This document shows, one piece after another, positions 28,457-39,124 of a stretch of 50,332 nt of DNA. The notes under the pieces are model-generated. The model was not told where the DNA came from and searched no databases. It was given only the letters and a program-made list of their open reading frames with translations. Position numbers and translations under genes: made by a program. Source of the stretch: Phycisphaerales bacterium (GTDB taxonomy: Bacteria; Planctomycetota; Phycisphaerae; UBA1845; PWPN01); assembly GCA_012729595.1 (NCBI GenBank), contig JAAYCU010000208.1:1-50332 (forward strand), in the 5' to 3' direction. Numbering within the stretch: the stretch's first letter is position 1; every line of letters starts with the position of its first letter.

Positions 28457-29680
28457 CTAGGCGGGCATTTTCTGGAGTTGCGGGCGGTTGCGTCGGATTC
28501 GCAGGCGGCCGCGGACGTTGTCCAGCACGTTCATGAAATTGATATACGAATCGTAGGGCGAATCGTAAGGGTTGAAATACTTGTGTACGTCGCCGTCGGC
28601 GAAATATTTGGTACACATGTAATAAAAATGATCGGAGGTCTGCAGCTTGCGCCAATCCTCGATCAGGCCCGGATCGCCACTGTTCTTGATTTCGCTCTCC
28701 ATCCGGTACAACTCATGAAGGGCGTTGGACTGCATCGCGTTGCCCAACCAAGCGGACAAGTCGCGCTCGGTGTCCGCCCAACTGATCATGTGCGGCACAT
28801 CGTATTCGCCGGCCACCGGATAGCGGTCGATCACCTCGCTCGGGGTAAGGAAATCGTTGTCCGAATAGCGGAACACCTCCTCCGGCAGATGGCGGAAGAA
28901 GTCAAAGATACCCGTATCCTCCCACTGGTGCTCGCCCAGGGTTTCGTAGTCCATGAACAGGTTTACCGTGTAACCGTTCCCGTTCACCTGGTTCACCCAG
29001 TAGGCGAATTTTTCGGCGGTCAGCGGCCACTCCTTCCAACCTCGGTTGGAAAACCGGAAGGCGATATCATCGCTCAGCCGGTAATTCTTGAGTAAAAGCA
29101 CGATGTCCCGCGTATTGGGCGCCCGATAGCTAAAATTCGGCGAGCGGTATCCGAGAATATGGTCCACGCCCTCGCAGATTACACCCCGGAAGCCGAGCGA
29201 TTCGATAAAATGGGACAGATCGTTGTTGTAGATCAATTCCGTATCGCGGAAGACCGTGGGACGCTGCCCGAAAAGTTGCTGAATCTTGTCACCGTGCAGT
29301 CGAATCTGCTCGGCGAACTCGTTGCGCGAGTAGAGAAAACTCAGCGAATGGTAATACGTCTCGGCCAGAAATTCGACGCAACCGGTCGCGTTCAGTTCGT
29401 GCAGCGAGTCCAGCACCTCCGGGGCGTAGCGCTCGAACTGGTCGAGCACCACGCCAGTCAGCGAGTAGGAAACGCGGAAACGCCCCCCATGCCGCCGAAT
29501 CATATCCAGAATCATACGATTGGCCGGCAGGTAACACTTCCGTGATACCTTGCGGCAGATTTCCGCGTTCTTTACCTCGTCGAAATAATCGGTACTGGTG
29601 TCAAAGACACTGTAACGCCGCAGCCGAAAAGGCTGATGGACCTGAAAGTAAAAACAGACCGAAGCCACGATGCACCCCAC
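28457..29680 (-). CDS. Glycoside hydrolase family 57 protein (alpha-amylase/branching-enzyme-like)
   Basis: N-terminal FYFQVHQPFRLRRY, and the MDYETLGEHQWE region typical of GH57. GTG start. Confidence 0.9.
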   Translation of the reverse strand: MGCIVASVCFYFQVHQPFRLRRYSVFDTSTDYFDEVKNAEICRKVSRKCYLPANRMILDMIRRHGGRFRVSYSLTGVVLDQFERYAPEVLDSLHELNATGCVEFLAETYYHSLSFLYSRNEFAEQIRLHGDKIQQLFGQRPTVFRDTELIYNNDLSHFIESLGFRGVICEGVDHILGYRSPNFSYRAPNTRDIVLLLKNYRLSDDIAFRFSNRGWKEWPLTAEKFAYWVNQVNGNGYTVNLFMDYETLGEHQWEDTGIFDFFRHLPEEVFRYSDNDFLTPSEVIDRYPVAGEYDVPHMISWADTERDLSAWLGNAMQSNALHELYRMESEIKNSGDPGLIEDWRKLQTSDHFYYMCTKYFADGDVHKYFNPYDSPYDSYINFMNVLDNVRGRLRIRRNRPQLQKMPA

Positions 29681-29852
29681 TTCATGAATGGTGAATACCG
29701 AACACGATGCCTGCCTCCGATCCCCGACGCATCTCCACGATAACTATAACATCTTTTATGCCGTCCGCAAACCCATGAAAATCTTAGGCACGGTGACAAC
29801 CTTGTGGGATGGGCCAAGGGGAGGCACCAGGAGGAAGCGTTCACGTGTTCCA

Positions 29853-31025
29853 TCAATCCCGACCCGCGTCGGATACTCGCGGCCCGGGCGAGGCGGAGTT
29901 CGCATTCAGTACCGCTTCATCGTTCCTAGATTTCCCCTCGCGGGCTCCGACGTTCATCGTGATAAGCTCTTTTCGGGCTGGTAAGTTGTCGCCGACGGCT
30001 GCCAGGTATTCATCAAAAAAGGCCACGGTCCGGGCTGCGTAGTACTCCGGCTTGACTACTACGGATTGATTATGCTTGGCTCCGGGGACTATCCATAGTG
30101 ATTTCGGGCCGGGGGCCAGATCGTACAGCAACTGGGACTGTTCCACGGGAATATAACTGTCCCGCTCGCCGTGGATGAACAAGATCGCCTTGCCGGGGGC
30201 CATATTTTTCAAGGCTTTGCGGACCGACGGGAAGGTGCAGTTGAGTTTCCGCCGACATTCGCGGAACAGAAGCCAGCGAAGGAACCGCCAGAACTGCGGC
30301 GGGTGATTTTCATAAACGAACCGTACCTTCGCAAAAATGTACGCCCAACGTCGCATGAGATATTCAAGCGTGGTGTCCGAGCTGAAGGCCCCGTCGCTGA
30401 TGATGGCCTTGATCGCCGGGTTGTTCTGGGCGGCCAGGATCGCCGCTCCCGCCCCGCGGGAAATACCGAACAGCCCGATCTCCACCGGCCGTCCGTGCCG
30501 TTCCAGCCAGTCCTCCACGTAGGCGATCGCCCCCAGCATGTCGTTGACTTCCCGGTCGCTCGGCCACTGCCGGGCCTGGTAGCCCGGCTCGCCGCTGGAT
30601 TCGCCGTGCCCGCGAAAATCGAAACTGAACACGTCGTAGCCGGCCGTCAGCAACGGGCGACAATAACGCGCGCAACTGTACATATCGCTCGAGAATTCAT
30701 GGGCAAAAAGGACCATCCCCCGCGCCGGAGCCTGCCGACTGAACAGGAACATCCCGCGTAAATTCAAATTATCGAAGGCCCGGAAAACCACCTTCTTGCC
30801 GTCTATCCGCTGAAAATCGCAGGGGCCCATCGCCAAGGGCGGCGGCGTGTCCCGAATAATGTTCAACATCAGCTTGACGTATTTGCGCAGGATAAGCCAT
30901 ATCGTGACCACGATGAACAGCACGGTTATCAGCATGGACACCAAGGCCCAGTTCGGGGCGAGGTACTCCCACACGCTTTGCAGCATGGGAAGCAGTTTCT
31001 GTATCGGATCTGCGTTCGCCTGCAA
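29853..31025 (-). CDS. Membrane-anchored alpha/beta-fold hydrolase
   Basis: N-terminal TM helix, nucleophile elbow GISRGAG, and Asp/His candidates in GERDSY and GAKHNQ. The start is uncertain (TTG 31025 or ATG 30986). Confidence 0.8.
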   Translation of the reverse strand: MQANADPIQKLLPMLQSVWEYLAPNWALVSMLITVLFIVVTIWLILRKYVKLMLNIIRDTPPPLAMGPCDFQRIDGKKVVFRAFDNLNLRGMFLFSRQAPARGMVLFAHEFSSDMYSCARYCRPLLTAGYDVFSFDFRGHGESSGEPGYQARQWPSDREVNDMLGAIAYVEDWLERHGRPVEIGLFGISRGAGAAILAAQNNPAIKAIISDGAFSSDTTLEYLMRRWAYIFAKVRFVYENHPPQFWRFLRWLLFRECRRKLNCTFPSVRKALKNMAPGKAILFIHGERDSYIPVEQSQLLYDLAPGPKSLWIVPGAKHNQSVVVKPEYYAARTVAFFDEYLAAVGDNLPARKELITMNVGAREGKSRNDEAVLNANSASPGPRVSDAGRD

Positions 31026-31149
31026 AAGAAATCTTCCTGTTCAGGTTTCCACACCTCCCCCGCCGCGCCGCTGATATGTTAGAGGAAAAACATCATGTCA
31101 GGCAAGTTCCCTTGCCCGAACGGGCCAGACGTGGTACCAGTTAGCGGAT

Positions 31150-32538
31150 ATGTGGTATGTGATTTTAATGATCATCGGGCTGGCGGCCGGCGGATTGGTC
31201 GGCTGGTTGTGGACCACGATCCGGGCCCGGACGGCCGCGGCGGACACGCTGGCCGCCTTGCAGGAACGGGCGGCATCGGCCGAGGCCGGCAATACCGAAC
31301 TCCGCGGCCAGATCGCCAAATACGAGCAGACCATCACCACCCTTGGCGCGCAACTGGACGCCGAACGCCAGCTTCGGGTCACCAGCGAAACCCGCCAGGA
31401 GGAAATGGCCCACCGCTTCGAGGAGCAGAAACGGCTCCTGGACGAGGCGGAGAAGAAGCTGAAGGAGTCTTTCGACGCCCTATCGGCCAAGGCCCTGCAG
31501 ACCAACGCCGAACAGTTCCTGCTCTCGGCCCGCAAGACGCTCGAAACCCTGCTGGGCGAGGCTCGCGGCGATCTGGCCAAACGGCAACAGGCCATCGACC
31601 TGATGATCAAGCCGCTCGGCGAATCGCTCAAAAGCTACGAGGAACATCTCCGCGGGTTGGAACAAAACCGCCAGAAGGCTTACGGCTCGCTGGAGGAACA
31701 GGTCAAGCTGCTGGCCGAGACCAGTCGGCAGTTGCAGCAGGAAACCGGCAAGCTGGTCACCTCGCTGCGCGACCCGAAGGTGCGCGGGCAGTGGGGCGAA
31801 ATCGCCCTGCGGCGGGCGGCGGAACTGGCCGGCATGTCCGCCCATTGCGATTTTTCCGAGCAGGTGACGATTTCCGGGCCGGAGGATGCCCGCTATCGGC
31901 CGGACATGATCGTACATTTGCCCGGCGGGCGGACGGTCGTGGTCGACGCCAAGGCCGTCCTCGACGCCTATCTGGACGCGGTGGCGGCCACTGACGAGCC
32001 GCAGCGTATCCAGCACCTCACCCGACATTCGGCCCAGATTCGCAACCGGATCCGCGAACTATCGAGTAAGAGCTATTGGGACAAGCTGCCGGCGGCGCCG
32101 GAATTCGTGGTGTTGTTTCTGCCGGCCGAGTCGTTTTTCAGCGCGGCCGTCGAGATGGACCGCACGCTGATCGAGGACGCCATCGCCAGTCGCGTGGTGC
32201 TGGCCTCGCCGACTACCCTGATCGCCCTGCTGCGGGCCATCGCTTTCGGCTGGCGGCAGGAGCAGTTGGCCGAGAACGCCGAACGCATCAGCCAACTCGG
32301 CCGCGACCTGTTCGAGCGAATCCGCACCCTGGTCGAGCACTGGTCCAAGGTCGGGCGCGAGCTGGAAGGGGCGGTCAAGGCCTACAACCAGTCGGTCGGC
32401 TCGCTCGAAAGCCGGGTTCTGCCCGCCGCCCGCCGGTTCCAGGAACTCGGTGCCGCCGGCGGCGAGCCCATCCCAGAAATATCCCCGATCGAACATTCCC
32501 TCCGCCGCCTGGACGACGAACGGATGAATAACGCATAG
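31150..32538 (+). CDS. rmuC: DNA recombination protein RmuC
   Basis: N-terminal TM helix, a long coiled-coil, and a C-terminal RmuC nuclease-like region (QWGEIALRRAAELAGM..., VVDAKA). Confidence 0.9.
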   Translation: MWYVILMIIGLAAGGLVGWLWTTIRARTAAADTLAALQERAASAEAGNTELRGQIAKYEQTITTLGAQLDAERQLRVTSETRQEEMAHRFEEQKRLLDEAEKKLKESFDALSAKALQTNAEQFLLSARKTLETLLGEARGDLAKRQQAIDLMIKPLGESLKSYEEHLRGLEQNRQKAYGSLEEQVKLLAETSRQLQQETGKLVTSLRDPKVRGQWGEIALRRAAELAGMSAHCDFSEQVTISGPEDARYRPDMIVHLPGGRTVVVDAKAVLDAYLDAVAATDEPQRIQHLTRHSAQIRNRIRELSSKSYWDKLPAAPEFVVLFLPAESFFSAAVEMDRTLIEDAIASRVVLASPTTLIALLRAIAFGWRQEQLAENAERISQLGRDLFERIRTLVEHWSKVGRELEGAVKAYNQSVGSLESRVLPAARRFQELGAAGGEPIPEISPIEHSLRRLDDERMNNA

Positions 32539-32567
32539 ACCGCCAATCCTCCACGATCCCCAAATGG

Positions 32568-32891
32568 TCAATGCATATCCAACTGAATCTTGATCGCTTC
32601 CTCGATCTTACGCATGTCTTCCTCCGAAACCGTACCGGCGCGGCGCAGGAGCCTCGCCTTGCTGACCGTTGCGAGTTGGTCCGCCATGGCCTTGCTTTCT
32701 CTGCCCCGAATAACCACCCGCGCCTCGCTGGGATACAGACGCTCGGTATTACCGGTAAGGGGAACAACCTGAACACGATTAAGAAACTTGTTGGATGCGT
32801 TGTTGCTGACGATCACCGCCGGGCGTTTCTTCTTGATTTCTCCTCCGATCGAAGGATCAAAACAAACCCACCAGACCTCACGCCTTTTCAT
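32568..32891 (-). CDS. mazF: MazF/PemK-family endoribonuclease toxin
   Basis: MKRREVWWVCFDPSIGGEIKKKRPAVIVSNN...VVPLT is the classic PemK pattern. Confidence 0.9.
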   Translation of the reverse strand: MKRREVWWVCFDPSIGGEIKKKRPAVIVSNNASNKFLNRVQVVPLTGNTERLYPSEARVVIRGRESKAMADQLATVSKARLLRRAGTVSEEDMRKIEEAIKIQLDMH

Positions 32892-33108
32892 GGGTCACAT
32901 CCTTGAAGGTCGATTCCGCCCACTCCAGAGCTTCCTTTTCGCGTCTGGTGTCGTCGGCCATCTCGGCGTAGGCCGACTCAAGATCGGGATGTACAACGTG
33001 CGGGCGAACCAGATCCTCCACGAATCGGCTTATTTTGCGGGCGCCGATCGTCCTGTGCAGCCCTTCGTACACTTTTTCGTCAAGCGTGATGGTCAGTTTC
33101 TTCTGCAT
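32878..33108 (-). CDS. Cognate antitoxin (RHH/MazE-like)
   Basis: A 76-aa ORF (MQKKLTITLDEKVYEGL...) overlapping mazF by 14 nt. AGGAG lies 7 nt upstream of ATG 33108. Confidence 0.7.
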   Translation of the reverse strand: MQKKLTITLDEKVYEGLHRTIGARKISRFVEDLVRPHVVHPDLESAYAEMADDTRREKEALEWAESTFKDVTHEKA

Positions 33109-33120
33109 CGTGCGACTCCT

Positions 33121-33313
33121 TATACGTATAGGTATGTGTTTAGCGGCCAAGCTATCAGAACCCGGAACGGAAGTGACGGGCCGATGTAGTATGGCGCACC
33201 GACTGCCGAAAAATCACCCTCATTCGGCCCCACGCAGCCGCTTGGGGTTCAGATGGGCCATACTGACGGGGTTTGCATGGTCGCTAAACACCTACACGTA
33301 TAGTATACGTATA
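33121..33313. promoter_or_regulatory. Paired operator-like sites upstream of mazE: the TATACGTATA palindrome occurs twice within a longer inverted repeat
   Basis: TATACGTATAGGTATGTGTTTAGCG (33121-33145) against CGCTAAACACCTACACGTATAGTATACGTATA (33282-33313). Confidence 0.35.
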
Positions 33314-33437
33314 ACCCGTCTATCGTTCAAGAACCAGGCGGTGTTTGCATTTTGCCCGCGCTCCGGTTTTATGGGTGAATATCTCGTCGGGCCGGATTCT
33401 TGTTGTTCCGATGCGCGTCATCCGGTCACAGGGATGG

Positions 33438-34403
33438 TCACGTCCGGCTGATGTGGTCCGGGTGCTTGGCCAGTTGCTCGGCGTTATTGTCGGCGTACTT
33501 CTTGATAATCTCCTGGTGCGTCTCGGGGGTGTCGGTGGCGGTGCGCGGATCGACCAGCGGCCCCAGAAACAGAAGATCAAAATAGAAATCCCTGAGGGAA
33601 AACATGAAAATTTGATAGATCGGAACGCCGCATCGCAGCGCGATCTGTATCGGCCCGACGAGGAACTTGCGCGGCTGGCCGAAGACATCGGCGGTCACGG
33701 TGCGAAGATGCGGGGCGCGCTCCCGGCCGATGTCCAGGGAGCTACCGAGGACAAAGCCCTCCTGCAAGCAGCGATAGATATCCCGCGGGTAGGCGTCGGA
33801 ATAAAGTATCCGCATGGTGCTGAACTCCGAGAAGGTCTTCTCGTACTTGCACTGGATGTAGCGGCGGATGGCCCCCTCCTTGGGGTCGCGAACACCGGCC
33901 ACGCGGAAGCCTTTCAGAGCCAGGATCAGACCAACGAGGTGCATTGATCCGATATGGCTTGTGCAGACATAAACACCCTTGCCGCCTTGCATCGCCTCGG
34001 CCAGTTCGGTTTCGCGGGGAAAGCGGACCCGGGAGAGAATCTGCTCCTTGGGGATTTTGTCAAAGATCAGATAGAATATCTTGTCGCAGCGAATGCGGAT
34101 GAATTGCTGGAGGCAGGCGCGGCGTGCGGTCTTCCTGTCAAACTTTTTAACGGCTTCGCCGAAGCCGGCCTTGAGATTCTTGCGAAAACGCCGCCTTCGT
34201 TTGCCGTTAATCAGCCACTCGCAAACCGCAAAACCGGCGCCCAGCAGGTAGAGCCCGCGAAGCGAGAAGCATTTGGCCCACCCCCAAAGGAACCCGCGCA
34301 CCAGTTCGAACTTCAGTTGACTCAGCCATCCAAGTTCATCCTGCTTCTCGGCCGCCTGTCCGGGCAAGGTGTTGTCGATAGCCTTCGCGTTGGCGGAGCA
34401 CAT
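33438..34403 (-). CDS. Lysophospholipid/lipid A acyltransferase-family protein (LpxL/HtrB-like)
   Basis: N-terminal TM segment and overall resemblance to late lipid A acyltransferases (VCTSHIGSMHL region). Motif support is weak. Confidence 0.55.
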   Translation of the reverse strand: MCSANAKAIDNTLPGQAAEKQDELGWLSQLKFELVRGFLWGWAKCFSLRGLYLLGAGFAVCEWLINGKRRRRFRKNLKAGFGEAVKKFDRKTARRACLQQFIRIRCDKIFYLIFDKIPKEQILSRVRFPRETELAEAMQGGKGVYVCTSHIGSMHLVGLILALKGFRVAGVRDPKEGAIRRYIQCKYEKTFSEFSTMRILYSDAYPRDIYRCLQEGFVLGSSLDIGRERAPHLRTVTADVFGQPRKFLVGPIQIALRCGVPIYQIFMFSLRDFYFDLLFLGPLVDPRTATDTPETHQEIIKKYADNNAEQLAKHPDHISRT

Positions 34404-34750
34404 AAACCGAGATCCCCAGATAACCTTGTCCGACTACGCCGTCGGGTACGATCGGCCATTGTACGCGCCCCCTCGCATTGCGCCAATCATCTTGCGGGCT
34501 GTTCGCCGAACCGGGGATGTCGAGGACGTTTGTCCGGAAACCAAAGTCTCGCAACGACCTTCGAAATGCCCCGTGGGGGGGGATGGGTGCATAGCTTTCC
34601 CTGTAGCTATCCCGACGGGGGGGCAGTTTGAATGTTGTCGAGTCATCCTGAAGCTGGGCTAATCCCTGCCGGTAACTGTAAAACGGTTACATGCGAAAAG
34701 GTGCGGCTCCACGATTGAGAAACCGCCGGCAATCCCATACATTCAGGGTT

Positions 34751-37540
34751 ATGCCAAAAAGCGGTTCAACGGCCAGTTCGATTCCAAGCCTCGATCAGCT
34801 CACCCCCGCCATGCGCCAATATCACGAGCAGAAGGCGGCCGCCCCGGACGCCCTGCTTCTGTTCCGCATGGGCGACTTCTACGAAACCTTTTACGAGGAC
34901 GCCCAGACCGCCGCCCGCGTCCTCGGCATCGCTCTGACCACCCGCGGCAAGGACCGCAACGGGCAAGCCGTCCCCCTGGCCGGCATCCCCTATCACGCCC
35001 TCGATTCGTACCTGACGAAACTGGTCCGGGCCGGGCTCAAGGTGGCCATCAGCGAGCAGGTCGAAGACCCCCGCCAAGCCAAGGGCGTGGTCAAGCGCGC
35101 GGTCGTCCGCATCGTCACCCCCGGCACGTTGACCGACGACGCCCTGCTGGACAAGAGCGCGGATAACTACCTGGCCTGCGTCTGCCGTCGCCAACTGCAG
35201 ATCGGATTAGCCTTCGTCGAACTGAGCACGGGAGCGTTCTGGGTGCAGAACGTCTCCGAGGCGGAACTGCTCGACGAGATGACCCGGCTCGGCCCGGCGG
35301 AAATTCTGCTGCCGGAAATATCCATTGATGCCGACGACACATTGGGGAAAATGTTACGTGCCTCGGCCGCTGAGAATTACGACAAGCGGGCCATCTCCCG
35401 CCGGCCGGCGCACCTGTTCGACCCCTATCAGGCCGAGCAGATTCTGCTGCGGCATTTCGGGGTAGCCAGCCTGCAGGGCTTCGGTTTCGAGGGGGTGGAC
35501 GCCTCACTCTGCGCGGCCGCGGTCATCATCGACTATCTGGCCGAGACCCAGAAAACCTCGCTCAAGCATATCCTCAAGCTGACTCGGCGATATCCTCACG
35601 ATTTCGTATGGATCGATCAATCGACCTGGCGGTCATTGGAGATCGAGCGCGGTTTGCGCAGCGGGACGACGGCCGGTACGCTGCTGCGGGCAGTCGACCG
35701 CACGTGCAGTTCGATGGGTGGCCGTTGTCTACGCCGCTGGTTGATGGCGCCGTTACGAGATGCGAAAGCGATCCGCACCCGCCAGCAGGCCGTCGCCGAT
35801 CTACGCGACGACCCGGCCCGACTCGACGCCATCCGCGCGGAACTCAAGCAGTTGGCCGACATCGAGCGTATCACCGCCCGGCTCGGCGTGGGGCGGGCCT
35901 CGCCGCGCGATCTGGTCGCCCTCGGCAAGACCCTACGGGCCGTCGCCCGCATAGCCGAGCTGTTCGAGCAGTTCAAGCCTTCCGTCCACATCGCCGGCGA
36001 CTGCCTCTGTCCCTTCCTGGCCGAACGGCGCGACGCAGCCCGCGGCCAGACCGAACTGGCCGAATTTCTCGGCCAGGCCCTCCGCGAGGACGCCCCTATC
36101 ACCCTCAACGAAGGCGGGATCATCGCCCCCGGCTTCGACGCCGAGCTCGACCGTCTGCACTCTATCGGGGCCGACGGCCGCGACTGGCTCGCCCGCTATC
36201 AGGCCAGGGAAATCGAACGTAGCGGCATCAGCTCGCTCAAGGTCGGGTATAATCAGGTCTTCGGCTACTATCTCGAAATCACCAACACCCACCGCGACCG
36301 CGTGCCAGCCGACTACGTGCGCAAGCAGACCCTCAAAAACGCCGAGCGCTACATCACCGACGAGCTGAAACAATACGAAACCCAGGTACTCACCGCCCGC
36401 GAGCAGGCCAACGCCCGCGAGGTCGAGCTATTCGAGATCGTGCGGCAGCGGGCGGTCGAGCATATCCCCGCCTTGCAGAATCTCGCCGCCGCCGTGTCCG
36501 AGATTGACGCGGTCGCCGGGCTGGCCCAACTGGCCGATGAACGCCGCTACGTCCGCCCGGAAATCGTCGAGGGGCCGGTACTCGAAATCGTTGACGGCCG
36601 CCATCCGGTGCTCGAGCAGACCCTCGGCGAGAATTTCGTCCCCAACGACGCCCGCCTCGGCGTCGGCATCGAGCAACCTGCAACGTCCGCCGACAACGAC
36701 CGTCCAAAACGCAAGCGCGGAGCGATGATCTCCGAGGAATTGATCAATGTCGGTGCCGGATCGAACGACGGCCACAATACGCTGGTCATACTCACCGGCC
36801 CGAACATGGCCGGTAAAAGTACTTACATACGGCAGGTGGCCTTGCTGACCCTGCTGGCCCAGACCGGCAGCTACGTGCCCGCGGCCGCCATGCGTTTTTC
36901 GCCGGTCGATCGCATCTTCGCCCGGGTCGGGGCTTCCGACGAGATCGCCCGGGGGCAGTCCACCTTCATGGTGGAAATGACCGAGGCGGCCAACATCCTC
37001 AACAACGCCACCCCGAACAGTCTGGTCATCATCGACGAACTCGGCCGCGGCACGAGCACCTTCGACGGGCTGGCCCTGGCCTGGGCCATCGCCGAACAAC
37101 TGGCCGGCCGGATCAAATGTCTGGCCTTCTTCGCGACGCATTACCATGAGCTGACGGAATTGGAGCATTACCTGGCCGGATCAGTCAATTACAACGTGGC
37201 CGTCCGCGAGTGGGAGGACGAGGTGGTTTTTCTGCACCGCATCGCACGCGGGCCGGCGGACAAGAGTTACGGCGTACATGTGGCCAAGTTGGCCGGCGTC
37301 GGCCGCGAGGTCGTCACCCGCAGCCAGGAACTCTTGGCTGAACTGGAAGCCAATTTCTCCTCGACCAGCCGGGCACCCAAACGCGCCGCCCGGCGGACCC
37401 GCCCAGCCGATCAGCTTCTGCTCTTCAAGGAGCCGACCGATGAAATCATCGAGGAAATCCGCCGCTGCGATCCGGAGCGGCTGACGCCCATTGAGGCCCT
37501 TCAGACTCTCGCCCGCTGGAAGAAGACGCTTGAATCATAG
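34751..37540 (+). CDS. mutS: DNA mismatch repair protein MutS
   Basis: TPAMRQYHEQK, FRMGDFYETF, Walker A TGPNMAGKST, STFMVEM, DELGRGTST. ATG at 34751 preferred over 34691. Confidence 0.97.
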   Translation: MPKSGSTASSIPSLDQLTPAMRQYHEQKAAAPDALLLFRMGDFYETFYEDAQTAARVLGIALTTRGKDRNGQAVPLAGIPYHALDSYLTKLVRAGLKVAISEQVEDPRQAKGVVKRAVVRIVTPGTLTDDALLDKSADNYLACVCRRQLQIGLAFVELSTGAFWVQNVSEAELLDEMTRLGPAEILLPEISIDADDTLGKMLRASAAENYDKRAISRRPAHLFDPYQAEQILLRHFGVASLQGFGFEGVDASLCAAAVIIDYLAETQKTSLKHILKLTRRYPHDFVWIDQSTWRSLEIERGLRSGTTAGTLLRAVDRTCSSMGGRCLRRWLMAPLRDAKAIRTRQQAVADLRDDPARLDAIRAELKQLADIERITARLGVGRASPRDLVALGKTLRAVARIAELFEQFKPSVHIAGDCLCPFLAERRDAARGQTELAEFLGQALREDAPITLNEGGIIAPGFDAELDRLHSIGADGRDWLARYQAREIERSGISSLKVGYNQVFGYYLEITNTHRDRVPADYVRKQTLKNAERYITDELKQYETQVLTAREQANAREVELFEIVRQRAVEHIPALQNLAAAVSEIDAVAGLAQLADERRYVRPEIVEGPVLEIVDGRHPVLEQTLGENFVPNDARLGVGIEQPATSADNDRPKRKRGAMISEELINVGAGSNDGHNTLVILTGPNMAGKSTYIRQVALLTLLAQTGSYVPAAAMRFSPVDRIFARVGASDEIARGQSTFMVEMTEAANILNNATPNSLVIIDELGRGTSTFDGLALAWAIAEQLAGRIKCLAFFATHYHELTELEHYLAGSVNYNVAVREWEDEVVFLHRIARGPADKSYGVHVAKLAGVGREVVTRSQELLAELEANFSSTSRAPKRAARRTRPADQLLLFKEPTDEIIEEIRRCDPERLTPIEALQTLARWKKTLES

Positions 37541-37620
37541 CCTTGATAAGTCACGACGGTCTTAAGACTGTGCATGCGATATGCCGAATAGACCGCCCCA
37601 ACAAAACACCTTCCGGCCAA

Positions 37621-38739
37621 TTATGGACCAAGGGGATCCACCTCCGGCTCGACGACGGGTTCCTCGCTATTCAATACGTCCGAGCGATCGATTGCCGGTT
37701 GCGTTTCCGCGGGTCGGGTGGCCAGTGCCTGGCGCATGAATTCCGGCATGCGCGGTGGTTGTACCCCGATAATCGGCGCTTTGGACAATACCGAATCAAT
37801 CGCTTGTTGCTTGGCCCGGTTCTGTAAGTAAGCCATAATCTGCGACTTGACCTGTGGGTTGGGCAACCGATTCGTACCTTGCTTTCGATGAGTGATTTGC
37901 ATCAGGTGGAAACCCAGGCGGGTCTCCAATACCGGGCTGTATTGCCCGGGCTCCAACTCGAAAGCCACCTTGGCCAGCTCCTCGGAGATTTCATACCGCT
38001 TGAAACTATTCATTCGTCCGCCGTTGGGCAACTTGATGTCGCTCTCGGCCATGCACTCATCCCAGGTGCGAGCGCCGCTGACCAGGTCCATGCGTATCTT
38101 TTCCAATTTCTGTTTCTTCTCTTCCTTCTGTTGAGGAGTGTCCCACCAGGGAGACCGAATGATAATCTGCCGAGCCGAGACCAGAGTACTGTTGAAGTGA
38201 TCCGGATTCGCGTCGTAGATAGCTTGCAAATCCTCGTCATTTTTACCTTGATCCATACCGCCTTGCCCAATACGGCTGAACGCCAACCGTCTCCGTAATC
38301 GCTGACGATGCTCATCCAGGGTAATACCCCCACGCTCCCGTAACATTGTTTCCAAGTCCGCAACCGTCTTCAAGCGTAGCCTCGTAAGCTGGTTTTGAAT
38401 CTGACGCTCGATGTCCTCATCATTAACTAAATCCGGATGGTCCAATAGATACAAGTCCCAAATCCGATCGTCGACCAGCCGATTTACCACACTTTCCTTG
38501 ATATTGTCGAAACGCTCCGGACGATCATTTATCAATGCCAAGTCGACATCGGCCTGTCTTATGACTGCCCGATCACCCAGACGTACCAGAACTGTCGTAT
38601 CGGCGGGTTGAGTAGTCGGCTGGCTGGTACTTGCTATTTGGCCATCCAAAGGACCAGAGGATTCCGCCAGTCCTACTCCGACACACAGGAGTACCGTTGC
38701 TAGCGAAGCTATTATCTGATTCGCGGTATTCCTTCTCAT
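37621..38739 (-). CDS. SurA/PpiD-like periplasmic chaperone with a parvulin PPIase domain
   Basis: Signal peptide, and a PPIC-type domain (VSARQIIIRSPWW...GFHLMQITHRK). Start ATG 38739 has a GAGGA 10 nt upstream. Confidence 0.8.
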   Translation of the reverse strand: MRRNTANQIIASLATVLLCVGVGLAESSGPLDGQIASTSQPTTQPADTTVLVRLGDRAVIRQADVDLALINDRPERFDNIKESVVNRLVDDRIWDLYLLDHPDLVNDEDIERQIQNQLTRLRLKTVADLETMLRERGGITLDEHRQRLRRRLAFSRIGQGGMDQGKNDEDLQAIYDANPDHFNSTLVSARQIIIRSPWWDTPQQKEEKKQKLEKIRMDLVSGARTWDECMAESDIKLPNGGRMNSFKRYEISEELAKVAFELEPGQYSPVLETRLGFHLMQITHRKQGTNRLPNPQVKSQIMAYLQNRAKQQAIDSVLSKAPIIGVQPPRMPEFMRQALATRPAETQPAIDRSDVLNSEEPVVEPEVDPLGP

Positions 38740-39124
38740 GACAACCATGATCCTCATCTTCCCAAAACCTCCCCACATCGCGTCCCAATATACACAAAAA
38801 GAGCCGACCCACAGCTCCAACCCCATATACTACGTATTGTACCCTGATGGTTCATCGGTCACACCCCCATGGCCTGTGAGATTATTAATGCTTCGTAGGC
38901 AGTGTCGGCCTGATAAGGATACGACTCGATCACACCGCGGCCACCGCCCAGACATAAACACGTAAGCTAATATGGATATTAAGCTTACAAAGCCACAACA
39001 ATACAATCTCCTGACCTCGCAATATACTCGATGAAAAATATTTTACGACCAGGGAACCGCACGGCAGCGGAGGTGTCCAAGTAAGGGATGACTAATCAAT
39101 AACACGCTTTCGGAGAACATTCCC

